DNA of 37,801 bases from Deltaproteobacteria bacterium. GTDB taxonomy: Bacteria; Desulfobacterota; Dissulfuribacteria; Dissulfuribacterales; UBA3076. Positions within the stretch are counted from its first letter, which is position 1. Each line of letters opens with the position of its first letter. Location of the stretch: contig PQXE01000014.1 in the NCBI GenBank assembly GCA_003194495.1, positions 1 to 37,801 of the forward strand. The letters are read 5' to 3'. Both the position numbers and the translations under genes were made by a program. Shown here piece after piece: positions 26,478 through 35,840 of the stretch. Under the pieces are notes generated by a model. It ran no database searches. It worked only from the letters and a program-made list of their open reading frames with translations, and had not been told where the DNA came from.

Positions 26478-28448
26478 ATGGATACCAAGACCATAATTCT
26501 CGGTACTGCCGGCCACATTGATCACGGGAAGACCGCTCTGGTCAAGGCCCTCACCGGAATAGATACCGACAGGCTGAAAGAGGAAAAAGAGCGGGGCATT
26601 ACTATTGAACTGGGTTTTGCCCTTCTTTCCATGCCTTCAGGCCGGCAGGTGGGAGTAGTAGACGTCCCTGGCCATGAACGTTTTGTAAAAAACATGGTGG
26701 CCGGAGCCATGGGGATGGACCTCGTTGTCCTTGTGGTAGCTGCCGACGAAGGGATAATGCCTCAGACCACAGAGCACCTGGAGATATGCCGTCTCCTTGG
26801 AGTTAAGAAGGGACTTGTTGTTCTGACCAAGAAGGATCTTGTGGAAAAGGAATGGCTTGAAATGGTCACTGAGGACGTCAGTGATTTTGTCTCCGGCACA
26901 TTTCTCGAAGATGCTCCTGTGCTGGCGGTCTCCTCAGTTTCAGGAGACGGCCTTGACGAGCTCCTCAGGGTCCTGGATGAGATGGCGTCAGAAGTGGTGC
27001 CAAAGGCACCGGTCGGGCCATATCGCCTTCCGGTGGACAGGGTATTCACCATAAAAGGTTTTGGCACGGTAGTCACCGGTACTTCCATTTCAGGGCAGAT
27101 CAGATTGGGAGACGAGGTATCTATCTATCCCAAAGGGATGACTGCCAGGATTCGGGGTATTCAGGTCCACGGAAAGGAGGCCCATGAGGCCCATCCGGGG
27201 ATGCGCACGGCCCTCAATCTACAGGGTATTGATAAAGAGGACGTCAGCAGGGGAGACGTTATAGCCACTCCGGGGAGCCTGCATGCGAGCTACCTCGTTG
27301 ATTTGGATTTTCTGTATCTTGCCCACGCAGGCCGTCCCTTGCGGCACAGGAGTCCTGTTCGCTTTCACGTAGGAACAGCCGAGGTTATCGGAAGGGTCCT
27401 GCTCCAGGGCGATGAGCTTGTTCCGGGTTCAGAGGCCTATATCCAGATAATGCTGAAGGAACCGGTGGCGGTCCTTTCAGGAGATCACTATGTTATCAGG
27501 AGTTATTCACCTATTCGTACCATAGGTGGTGGAAGGATCCTCCACCCTGTTCCCAGGAGACGGAAGCGGACCCGGCCGGCACTCTGGACAGAGCTTGATA
27601 TCCTGGCCAAAGGCGTACCGGCCGACATCATTGGATATCATCTGCAACGTGCGGGCGTGAGGGGGTTTTCAAAGTCTGAACTCGCGATGCGTAGCAGCAT
27701 CTATGGAAAACGCCTTGCCCGGGAGCTTGATCCTCTCCTGAGTTCCAGAAAAGTTGTATGCTTTGAGGGAGAGGGACAGAGACTCATCCACGGTAAAGTT
27801 TACGAGGCCCTGAAGGAGCAGGCGCTGGACATCCTGCGGACCTTTCACAACGATAATCCTCTTGTCCAGGGTCTGTCCAAAGAGGAACTCAGGTCCCGCC
27901 TCTTTCCCATAGCCGGACCTGCCGGTTCTGCCTTTCAATCACCAAATCACCAAATCACCAAATCACCAAATCAGAGGCTGTTTCAAATGCTCCTTTCTGA
28001 TCTTGTCAAGTCAGGAAAGATTACACAGGAAAAGGATCTTGTCCGGCTTTCCACCCACAATGTGATTCTTGGGGATGAAGAAAAAGAAATCAGGAGCAAG
28101 CTTGAGATTATCTTCAAACAGGCCGGCTTTCAGCCCCCTTTTCGTGAAGACGCCATTGGCCGTGTGAAAGGGTATGAGAAGGCGGCAGACAAAATATTTG
28201 ATTTGATGGTCAGGGAAGGGATTCTTATACGTCTGAAGGACGATCTTTATTTTTACCACAGCGCCCTGGATAAAATTAAGGACATGGTCATTCGTTTCAT
28301 CAAAGAACACGGAGAGCTTAACATAAAAGAATTTCGGGACCTTGCCGGAGGGCTTTCCAGGAAATACATGATCCCGCTCCTTGAGTATCTGGACAACCAG
28401 AGGGTGACCATACGAATAGGTGATAAGCGCAAGCTACGCGGAGGATAA
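26478..28448 (+). CDS. selB: Selenocysteine-specific elongation factor
   Basis: [33 protein letters not shown] and the winged-helix end [13 protein letters not shown]...T.R.GD.R. Confidence 0.95.
   Translation: MDTKTIILGTAGHIDHGKTALVKALTGIDTDRLKEEKERGITIELGFALLSMPSGRQVGVVDVPGHERFVKNMVAGAMGMDLVVLVVAADEGIMPQTTEHLEICRLLGVKKGLVVLTKKDLVEKEWLEMVTEDVSDFVSGTFLEDAPVLAVSSVSGDGLDELLRVLDEMASEVVPKAPVGPYRLPVDRVFTIKGFGTVVTGTSISGQIRLGDEVSIYPKGMTARIRGIQVHGKEAHEAHPGMRTALNLQGIDKEDVSRGDVIATPGSLHASYLVDLDFLYLAHAGRPLRHRSPVRFHVGTAEVIGRVLLQGDELVPGSEAYIQIMLKEPVAVLSGDHYVIRSYSPIRTIGGGRILHPVPRRRKRTRPALWTELDILAKGVPADIIGYHLQRAGVRGFSKSELAMRSSIYGKRLARELDPLLSSRKVVCFEGEGQRLIHGKVYEALKEQALDILRTFHNDNPLVQGLSKEELRSRLFPIAGPAGSAFQSPNHQITKSPNQRLFQMLLSDLVKSGKITQEKDLVRLSTHNVILGDEEKEIRSKLEIIFKQAGFQPPFREDAIGRVKGYEKAADKIFDLMVREGILIRLKDDLYFYHSALDKIKDMVIRFIKEHGELNIKEFRDLAGGLSRKYMIPLLEYLDNQRVTIRIGDKRKLRGG
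27937..27973 (+). repeat. Octamer tandem repeat (AATCACCA) x4.6 inside selB
   Basis: Read directly; encodes [13 protein letters not shown]. Confidence 0.95.
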
Positions 28449-30090
28449 AAAAATTACTCAATCACCAAATCACCAAATCACCAAATTTCCCTCGGGTTCT
28501 CTTCACTCAAAGCTCCAGAAGGCCATGGAAGATCGTCTGGCCCAAAAGGATTCAGGATATGATGTCAAAGGGACAAAACGAAATTTTGTAATTACATTTG
28601 AGCTTGTGCCCGCCAGGGCCTCAAAGGGCAAGGCCATTGACGAAATTCTCCAGTTTGCCAAAGAGGCGGCGGCCGGCGGCGGCGGCGGCGGCTTGATCAG
28701 CGCCCTATCCATAACAGACAACGCCGGAGGACACCCTGCGCTTACGCCCAGGGCACTTGGCTCTGAGATAATGGCCCTTGGGATCGATCCAGTCATCCAC
28801 TTTTCCTGTAAGGACAAAAACCGTAATCTCGTTGAAAGCCAGTTGTTTGTGCTTGACCGGTCCGGTCTTAAAAATCTATTGGTGCTCACCGGGGACTATC
28901 CCAGATACGGATTTATGGGAAACGCCAAGCCTGTCTTCGATCTGGATTCAGTCCAGGTCTTGGACATGATCTCCCATATGAACCAGGGGTTTGTCCTTGA
29001 TTCCAAGGCACCATTCGGCGGTGTAAAGCTGGCTCCCATGAATTTCCACGCCGGCTGTGTTGTATCTCCATTCAAACGCCTGGAATCAGAGCTTATCCCT
29101 CAATACTTGAAGCTCAAGCGGAAGGTAGTTGCCGGAGCAAGCTTTGTAATAACACAAATGGGTTGGGACGTACGCAAATTCGATGAACTCAGGCGGTTTA
29201 TGGACAGGGAAGGCATCAGGGTACCTCTTATAGGGACAGTATTCATACCAACGACAGGATTGGCCGGGACCCTGTGCAGAGGAGAAATTCCAGGATGTAT
29301 TTTGCCGGACAGGCTTTTTGAACGTATTGAACAGGAAGCCATATCGGATGACCAGGAGGGGGGTCCCAGGCTGGAGCGTGCAGCCCGGTTGGTGTCAATA
29401 CTGAAGGGTATCGGCTACGAAGGGGTACACCTCAGCGGCCCTGGTCTCAAATACTCCCATGTTAGATGGGTCATTGAGCGGGCCAATGAGATAGGCGAAC
29501 GCTGGAAGCTCTTTACATGCCAGTTTCTTTTTCCGGAAGAATGGAAATTCTGGTATTTCAAGGAAGATCCTGAAACCTGGCTTAACTGTGATGAACCAAA
29601 TCCCGGGTCAAAGGCCAGTCTTTCTTTAAGGGATTCACTTGGCCTGAGTCTCGGACGCCTTTTCCACGAACTTGCCTTTGAACCGGGAAAACCTCTTTTT
29701 AAGTCCCTGCGCCGGATGGCCGGATGGATTGATGGTTCATCTTCAAAAAGGCATTTCACGTCTTTTGAATACCGGCTAAAAGAGTGGCTCTATGACTGCC
29801 GGCGCTGTGGAGATTGTGCCTTGGGGGAAATGGGATTTCTGTGTCCCCAGTCCCAGTGTTCCAAATTCCTTCTGAACGGCCCTTGCGGAGGTAGCAGAGA
29901 CGGCTGGTGCGAGGTCTGGCCTGGAAGGCAACGGTGCTTTTACGTAAAGGTATATGAACGGCTCCAGAGCCTTGGCAAACAGGAAAGGCTGGGTGGTCCC
30001 CGGATCCCTCCACGGGACTGGACCCTTGACAGCACCTCCTCGTGGCTGAATTTTTATCTTGGGAGGGACCATTGGGGGATTGATGATTGA
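28420..30090 (+). CDS. metF: Methylenetetrahydrofolate reductase MetF fused to a C-terminal Cys-rich MetV-like domain
   Basis: ITFELVP, SITDNAGG, HFSCKDKNR, LVLTGD, FDLDS, GASFVITQ; C-terminal CRRCGDC..CPQSQCSK.L.NGPCGG...CEV...C. Start uncertain (GTG 28420 vs ATG 28525). Confidence 0.88.
   Translation: MISASYAEDKKITQSPNHQITKFPSGSLHSKLQKAMEDRLAQKDSGYDVKGTKRNFVITFELVPARASKGKAIDEILQFAKEAAAGGGGGGLISALSITDNAGGHPALTPRALGSEIMALGIDPVIHFSCKDKNRNLVESQLFVLDRSGLKNLLVLTGDYPRYGFMGNAKPVFDLDSVQVLDMISHMNQGFVLDSKAPFGGVKLAPMNFHAGCVVSPFKRLESELIPQYLKLKRKVVAGASFVITQMGWDVRKFDELRRFMDREGIRVPLIGTVFIPTTGLAGTLCRGEIPGCILPDRLFERIEQEAISDDQEGGPRLERAARLVSILKGIGYEGVHLSGPGLKYSHVRWVIERANEIGERWKLFTCQFLFPEEWKFWYFKEDPETWLNCDEPNPGSKASLSLRDSLGLSLGRLFHELAFEPGKPLFKSLRRMAGWIDGSSSKRHFTSFEYRLKEWLYDCRRCGDCALGEMGFLCPQSQCSKFLLNGPCGGSRDGWCEVWPGRQRCFYVKVYERLQSLGKQERLGGPRIPPRDWTLDSTSSWLNFYLGRDHWGIDD
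28452..28486 (+). repeat. Second (AATCACCA) x3 tract just after the selB stop
   Basis: aattactc-aatcacca-aatcacca-aatcacca-aat. Confidence 0.95.
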
Positions 30091-30117
30091 TGATTGATGA
30101 TTGATGATTGATGATTG
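30078..30117 (+). repeat. Heptamer tandem repeat (GATTGAT) x5.7 overlapping the metF stop
   Basis: Read directly; supplies the TGA at 30088-30090. Confidence 0.95.
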
Positions 30118-30273
30118 GGGGATTGAGGGGTTAGAGTAAAATTTAAGTTGACAACAAAGGGCTTTGGGTGAATTCATAACATAGTCATTGGAACATTAAT
30201 TTCGGAACGGCGGTTCCAAAAAAGATAGGGTTCTGCAAGCGGGTTACCGAGTCTTCATTGAGGTATAATCGAT

Positions 30274-31470
30274 ATGAGTACACTTAAAAAAATCAACCCT
30301 TCGAGACGGACAGAGCATATTGCTTATGCCATAAGGGATATCGTGCTGGTTGCTGATAAAAGGAAGGCAGCCGGCGGCAATCTCTTTTATCTTAACATAG
30401 GTGATCCTGTGCTCTTTGATTTTCATACACCCAGACACCTTATAGATGCCACCTACAAGGCAATGCTGGATGATTACACCGGGTATTCCGCCTCTGAGGG
30501 GGTACCTGAGGCCATTAAGGCCGTGAGGCAGGAGGCCGTGAAAAGCGGTATAGAACCCTATGAGATACTGATTACCACGGGCGCCAGTGAGGCCATTGAT
30601 TTTGCGCTTTCCGCCCTGGTGAACAAGGGCGAAAATGTGCTCGTTCCATCACCAGGCTATCCTCTTTACAATGCGCTTCTCAGCCGCTTGATTGGTGAGG
30701 CCAGGCCTTATCTGCTGGACGAAGAAAATGCCTGGCAGCCGGATATTGATCATATAGAAAAACAGATAGATGAAAACACCCGGGCAATTGTGATCATAAA
30801 CCCCAATAATCCTACAGGTGCAGTATATAGTGAGGACACCCTGCGCCGGGTAATAGAACTTGCAAGGCATCATAACCTGGTAATTCTCAGTGACGAGATA
30901 TACGACAAACTCATCCTGAACAGCCGGCACCACATCAGTACGGCCTCTTTGGACAAAGAACTCCCTATAGTGACATTTAACGGCCTTTCCAAGTGTTATC
31001 TTGCCCCTGGTTTCCGTATCGGCTGGTCCATAGTAAGCGGGGCACCTGAGCTAGTGGGGGATTACACCGAGGCCATGAAAAAGCTTGTGAGGGCCAGGCT
31101 TTGTGCCTCGCACCCAAAGCAGTTTGCAATATCATACGCCCTGAACGGTGACCAGATCCATATTAAAGAAGCAACAGAAAAACTGATTCGACGCAGGAAC
31201 CTGACAGTCGAAAGGCTAAATGCGATTCAGGGCATATCCTGCCAGAGACCTGACGGAGCATTCTATGCCTTTCCCAGGATCGATGTAGATGTAGACGACG
31301 AGAAATTTGTAAAGGACCTCATCAGTGAGACCGGAGTGGTCGTAGTACATGGCAGCGGCTTTGGTCCCCTGCCTGAGACTCCGCATTTTCGTGTGGTCTT
31401 TCTTCCTCCTGAAGATATCCTGAACGAGGCATATGACAGGTTAGAGGGATATATGAGGCGACATTTCTGA
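30274..31470 (+). CDS. Class I/II PLP aminotransferase, AlaT/AlaA-like
   Basis: YAIRDIV, LNIGDP, INPNNPTG, DEIYD, GLSKCYLAPGFRIGW. Confidence 0.9.
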   Translation: MSTLKKINPSRRTEHIAYAIRDIVLVADKRKAAGGNLFYLNIGDPVLFDFHTPRHLIDATYKAMLDDYTGYSASEGVPEAIKAVRQEAVKSGIEPYEILITTGASEAIDFALSALVNKGENVLVPSPGYPLYNALLSRLIGEARPYLLDEENAWQPDIDHIEKQIDENTRAIVIINPNNPTGAVYSEDTLRRVIELARHHNLVILSDEIYDKLILNSRHHISTASLDKELPIVTFNGLSKCYLAPGFRIGWSIVSGAPELVGDYTEAMKKLVRARLCASHPKQFAISYALNGDQIHIKEATEKLIRRRNLTVERLNAIQGISCQRPDGAFYAFPRIDVDVDDEKFVKDLISETGVVVVHGSGFGPLPETPHFRVVFLPPEDILNEAYDRLEGYMRRHF

Positions 31471-31570
31471 TATCAGTGAGACGCAGGGGTGTATATATAT
31501 GCCATGCAGGAACTTCGCCAACTAACCACTCGAAAGAGATTTTCTGTCAGTGATGGGAGGTAAATGCTTG

Positions 31571-32683
31571 ATGGAAGATGTCTTTGGATTTGCTGATGAC
31601 CTCGGGCCCACCAAGATAATTCACGTGTATGAGCCCTCGGCAGGGCTAAAGGCTGTTCTGGTGGTGGACAACGTAGCCAAAGGGCCGGCAATAGGAGGAG
31701 TACGCATGGCCCCTGATGTCAGTACGGAGGAGTGCATCCGGCTGGCAAGGGCCATGACACTCAAGAACGCCGCTGCCGGTTTGCCTCACGGCGGAGGCAA
31801 GGTGGTGCTCTATGGCGATCCGAAGATGCCCAAGGAAGAGAAAGAGCACCTGATACGGGCCCTTGCCAACTCATTGCGGGATATTCGCGAATACATCTTT
31901 GCCCCTGATATGGGTACTGATGAGGAATGCATGGCATGGGTAAAGGATGAGATCGGCCGGGTGGTGGCATTACCCCGGGAGGTCGGCGGAATCCCTCTGG
32001 ATGAAATCGGGGCTACCGGATGGGGCCTCAGCCATGTCACGGATGTTGCGATCGAATATTGTGATTTCAAGTTGGAAGGGGCCAAGGTCGTGGTCCAAGG
32101 CTTTGGTGCCGTGGGCAAGCATACGGCCCGTTTTCTGGACCGGAAAAGAGCGGTGTTGGTGGGCGCAGCCGATTCCCAGGGGGCGATTCATAATCCTGAG
32201 GGCCTTGACGTCGACGCTCTGATCGAGCTGAAGAAAGCAGGCAGGAGTGTCGCAGATTATCCGGACGGCAACAAGCTCGACCGTGACGCGGTAATCGACA
32301 TTGAGTGCGACATCTGGATCCCGGCAGCAAGGCCCGATGTCATTCACGAGGATAACGTGGGGCGCTTGAAGGCCAGGCTGGTTATTGAAGGTGCCAATAT
32401 CCCGCTTACCCACGGTGCGGAAAAGTACCTTCATAACAGGGGTATGATCTGCGTACCTGATTTTATCGCCAACGCGGGCGGGGTGATTTGCGCCGCCATG
32501 GAGTATCAGGGTGCCGGCGAGGCAGCGGCATTCAAGACCATAGAGGAAAAATTGCGTCGTAATACCCGGCAGGTACTGGAAGAAGCGAAGGGCAAGCAGA
32601 TACCGCCGCGGGAAGCCGCTGTGCATCTCGCAGTTCAGCGGGTGAAGAAAGCAATGAGTTACAGACGCTGGTTGGTTTTTTAG
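31571..32683 (+). CDS. Glu/Leu/Phe/Val dehydrogenase, probably not glutamate-specific
   Basis: GPAIGGVRM, MTLKNA, GGGK, APDMGT, ATGWG, QGFGAVG, EGAN, PDFIANAGGV; GGGAGG RBS before ATG 31571. Confidence 0.92.
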   Translation: MEDVFGFADDLGPTKIIHVYEPSAGLKAVLVVDNVAKGPAIGGVRMAPDVSTEECIRLARAMTLKNAAAGLPHGGGKVVLYGDPKMPKEEKEHLIRALANSLRDIREYIFAPDMGTDEECMAWVKDEIGRVVALPREVGGIPLDEIGATGWGLSHVTDVAIEYCDFKLEGAKVVVQGFGAVGKHTARFLDRKRAVLVGAADSQGAIHNPEGLDVDALIELKKAGRSVADYPDGNKLDRDAVIDIECDIWIPAARPDVIHEDNVGRLKARLVIEGANIPLTHGAEKYLHNRGMICVPDFIANAGGVICAAMEYQGAGEAAAFKTIEEKLRRNTRQVLEEAKGKQIPPREAAVHLAVQRVKKAMSYRRWLVF

Positions 32684-32692
32684 CAGGCCGTC

Positions 32693-33631
32693 ATGTATCG
32701 CATTCGCTTTCACGGACGTGGTGGACAGGGCATGAAGACCGCGAGCCGCATCCTCGGTAGGGCCTTCTTTCTGGAAGGTTTCGAGGTCCAGGATGCCCCC
32801 CGTTATGGTGCGGAGCGCCGTGGCGCCCCGATGTTTGCCTATGTGCGCGCGTCGCGCAACACGATCAACGAGCGCGGGATTATTCGCCGGCCTGACCTGG
32901 TCGTCGTGGCAGACGACACCCTGGTGCCGGTGTCTGCAGCAGGCGTATTGCAGGGGGTCACCGAACATACTGTCATGCTCATCAACAGCAATGAAAAACC
33001 AGAGGTGTGGAAGGACCGGCTTAATATCTCCGGACAAGTACTCACTATGCCTTCGGTCGCGGAGAAGGAGGATCGGCTCGAACCCAGATTTATCAGCGCC
33101 TCCTGTGCGGGTGTGGCAGCGCGCCTCGTGGGCGTTATTTCCCGCACTTCTCTGAAGCAGGCAATCAGCGCCGAGCTTGCTCACCTTGGAGCAGCCGTTG
33201 TCGACAAGAATCTGGCCGGGGCGCTGGAGTCCTATGATCTCATGGGGTCCCACTCCGGGTCTGTTACGCCGGGCCACGAAGTACCTGCATATGCTTATCA
33301 AAATCCCGAGTGGATCGAGCTGCCATTTGAAGATGCCAGGGTCTCGGCCCCAGCCATCCACGCAACAGCCACCAGCGAGAAGATGAAGACCGGCCTGTGG
33401 CGTACCATGCGGCCTGTCATTGACTACAGCCGGTGCAACCGGTGCTGGTGGGTGTGCAGCACTTTTTGTCCGGATAGCGCAATCAGTCTGGATGATGAAG
33501 GCTATCCGCAGATCGACTACGAGCACTGTAAAGGGTGTATGGTCTGCGTGGCCCAGTGTCCGTCTCACGCCATCCATGCCATACCGGAGCAAGAAGCAGA
33601 AGCCGGGACACCGGCAGGAGAGCGGTTATGA
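32693..33631 (+). CDS. 2-oxoacid:ferredoxin oxidoreductase, fused gamma-delta subunit
   Basis: IRFHGRGGQG, YGAERRGAP, TGLWR..RP and two ferredoxin motifs (CNRCWWVC...CP, CKGCMVC...CP). Confidence 0.92.
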   Translation: MYRIRFHGRGGQGMKTASRILGRAFFLEGFEVQDAPRYGAERRGAPMFAYVRASRNTINERGIIRRPDLVVVADDTLVPVSAAGVLQGVTEHTVMLINSNEKPEVWKDRLNISGQVLTMPSVAEKEDRLEPRFISASCAGVAARLVGVISRTSLKQAISAELAHLGAAVVDKNLAGALESYDLMGSHSGSVTPGHEVPAYAYQNPEWIELPFEDARVSAPAIHATATSEKMKTGLWRTMRPVIDYSRCNRCWWVCSTFCPDSAISLDDEGYPQIDYEHCKGCMVCVAQCPSHAIHAIPEQEAEAGTPAGERL

Positions 33632-34875
33632 AGCGCACGCTACTTACGGGAAACGGCGCTGCGGCCTGGGGGGTACGTTTGGCTGGTGTTGATTATGTGC
33701 CTGCCTTTCCCATCACCCCCCAGACAGAGATCATCGAAACCATCGCCAATTGGATCGACCTTGGCGAGATGGATTGCCGGATGGTGACCCTTGAGTCCGA
33801 GCATTCTATGATCACCGCTGCTGGTGCAGCCGCAGCCACGGGTGTGCGTGCATTCACCGCAACATCCAGCCAGGGACTGCTCTACGCAATGGAGATGATA
33901 TACACCGTGGCTGGCTGGCGGGTCCCTTTTGTCATGGTCAACGTATCGCGGGGTTTGTCCGCCCCCATCACCCTGGAGCCTGACCACAATGATATCCTGG
34001 TGGCGCGCGACAGCGGTTTTCTTCAGATTCACTGCGCCACCTGCCAGGAGGTGCTCGACAGCATCCTCATGGCCTTCCGGCTCGCAGAGGACGAACAGGT
34101 ACGGCTTCCTGTCATCGTAAACATGGATGGCTTCTATCTCTCTTTCACCCGGGAGCCTGTGGAGATTCCCGACGCCGACGCTGTTACCCGATTTCTGCCG
34201 CCCTTTGACCCTGAGAACATCTGTTTCCGCGCGAGCGCGCCTGTCAGCGAGGCCGTGGCGGTCCTCGGCGGTCCCCCATACTCTTACTTCCGTTACGAAA
34301 CCCACCTGGCCTCTCTAAACGCTGTCCCGGTTTTTGCAAAGATTGCCGAAGAGTTCGCCCAGGCGTTCGGAAGGACCTACGAGGCGGTCGAGGCCTACCG
34401 CACCGACGATGCAGAGCTGGTTTTCGTGATAATGGGCTCCTTTGCCACCAAGGCCAAAGACGCTGTCGACCGTCTACGCGAGGCCGGCCGGTCTGTCGGA
34501 CTTTTGCGGCCGCGCCTTTTAAGACCGTTTCCGAATGGTGATATCCGGCGCATACTGGCCGGAAAAAAGGGCGTGGCTGTAATCGATCAGAACCTGTCCA
34601 TGGGTATGGGTGGTGTGCTTCATTCGGAGCTGGCCTCGGCACTCTACGGGCAAGCGCACGCACCCCCGGTACTGGTCAGTTTCATCGGTGGACTCGGGGG
34701 TCGTGACATAGGACCGGAGGAGTTTTACGAGATGGCCTCCGTGACCCGCAAGGCCGTTGAAGACGGGAAGGCACCCGCACCTAGGCTGCTCTATACCGAG
34801 AAAGAACTGAGAGAGGTCAGAAAGCTGCAGGCCATCGCTCAAGTGGAGCGAGAAAATTTAGGACAAAACCAATGA
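33628..34875 (+). CDS. 2-oxoacid:ferredoxin oxidoreductase alpha subunit (POR/VOR family)
   Basis: GNGAAA, FPITPQTE, ESEHS, TATSSQGL, DGFYLS, RPFP, GLGGRD; AGGAG RBS and ATGA overlap. Confidence 0.92.
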   Translation: MKRTLLTGNGAAAWGVRLAGVDYVPAFPITPQTEIIETIANWIDLGEMDCRMVTLESEHSMITAAGAAAATGVRAFTATSSQGLLYAMEMIYTVAGWRVPFVMVNVSRGLSAPITLEPDHNDILVARDSGFLQIHCATCQEVLDSILMAFRLAEDEQVRLPVIVNMDGFYLSFTREPVEIPDADAVTRFLPPFDPENICFRASAPVSEAVAVLGGPPYSYFRYETHLASLNAVPVFAKIAEEFAQAFGRTYEAVEAYRTDDAELVFVIMGSFATKAKDAVDRLREAGRSVGLLRPRLLRPFPNGDIRRILAGKKGVAVIDQNLSMGMGGVLHSELASALYGQAHAPPVLVSFIGGLGGRDIGPEEFYEMASVTRKAVEDGKAPAPRLLYTEKELREVRKLQAIAQVERENLGQNQ

Positions 34876-35801
34876 GCGAGACGGTGTTCAAACGCATGAA
34901 AAGCCTCCCTTCCGCCCATCTGTTGGGAGCAGGCACCTCCCTGTGCGCCGGGTGCGGGGGGCTGGAGGCACTCAAGGAAATCTATGACATACTTGGCGAG
35001 AAGACCGTGATTGTTAACGCAGCCGGCTGTATGACACTGCTGACAATCTATCCCTTTACGCCCTTCAGGGGATCCTGGCTCTATACTGCCATGGCCTCAG
35101 CGCCCGCCGGTGCTCAGGGAATACGGGACGCCCTGGACATACTTCTCCACAAAGGACGGATCAGTCCCGAGGAGGACCTGAAGGTGGTGGTATTGACCGG
35201 AGACGGCGCTGCATACGGAATGGGGCTTTCCTCCACATCCGGCGCCATAGAGCGGGAATTGGACTTTCTGTACATCTGCTATGATAACGAGGGCTACGGC
35301 AACACTGGGCAGCAGTTTTCAGGTGCCACACCTCACGGGGCAAGGACGTCAACCAGCAAGGGCCCAAGGGGCTTTCCGGGATACAAGAAAGACCTGTTTG
35401 CCATCTGGTCTGCACATCGCCCGTCCTACGTAGCCACTGTCGTTGGGGCAGAAGCCCTGGACCTGGCCCGCAAGATCGAAAAGGCCGCCGGCCTTAAAGG
35501 CCCACGGCTGATCATCGCGTTGTCTCCTTGTCCTACCGGGTGGAGCTATGACCCAAAGGAAACGGTGGAAATCGGCAAGCTGGCGGTCAAGACCGGTGTT
35601 TGGCCCCTCAAAGAATCTATCAACGGCGAGGTAGTGCATACCAAGGTTCCGCACAAGCGACTGCCGGTTGAGGCATACCTGGAGAGACAAGGGCGCTTTG
35701 CCCATCTCTTCAGTCCCCAACGCAACAAAGTGCTCCTGAAGGAAATTCAGGCCAGGGTCGATGCCTATTGGGAGAGAGTAAGCCAGCCGACCCTTCTGTA
35801 A
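34872..35801 (+). CDS. 2-oxoacid:ferredoxin oxidoreductase beta (TPP-binding) subunit
   Basis: CAGCG, AGC, GDG...YDNEGYGNTG, SPCPTGW, QGRFAHL. Confidence 0.92.
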   Translation: MSETVFKRMKSLPSAHLLGAGTSLCAGCGGLEALKEIYDILGEKTVIVNAAGCMTLLTIYPFTPFRGSWLYTAMASAPAGAQGIRDALDILLHKGRISPEEDLKVVVLTGDGAAYGMGLSSTSGAIERELDFLYICYDNEGYGNTGQQFSGATPHGARTSTSKGPRGFPGYKKDLFAIWSAHRPSYVATVVGAEALDLARKIEKAAGLKGPRLIIALSPCPTGWSYDPKETVEIGKLAVKTGVWPLKESINGEVVHTKVPHKRLPVEAYLERQGRFAHLFSPQRNKVLLKEIQARVDAYWERVSQPTLL

Positions 35802-35840
35802 AGGGGGACTCTCTGACGAGTGCCGCGTCAAGGAGACAGG

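Noticed and set aside
30204-30223. GGAAC-ggcg-GTTCC hairpin as a terminator
   Set aside because: Only a 5-bp stem, with no U-tract following it on either strand.
31970-33592. 540-aa antisense ORF over the dehydrogenase and gamma-delta genes
   Set aside because: Entirely antisense to two well-supported genes and has no motifs; long shadow ORFs are expected opposite GC-rich coding sequence.
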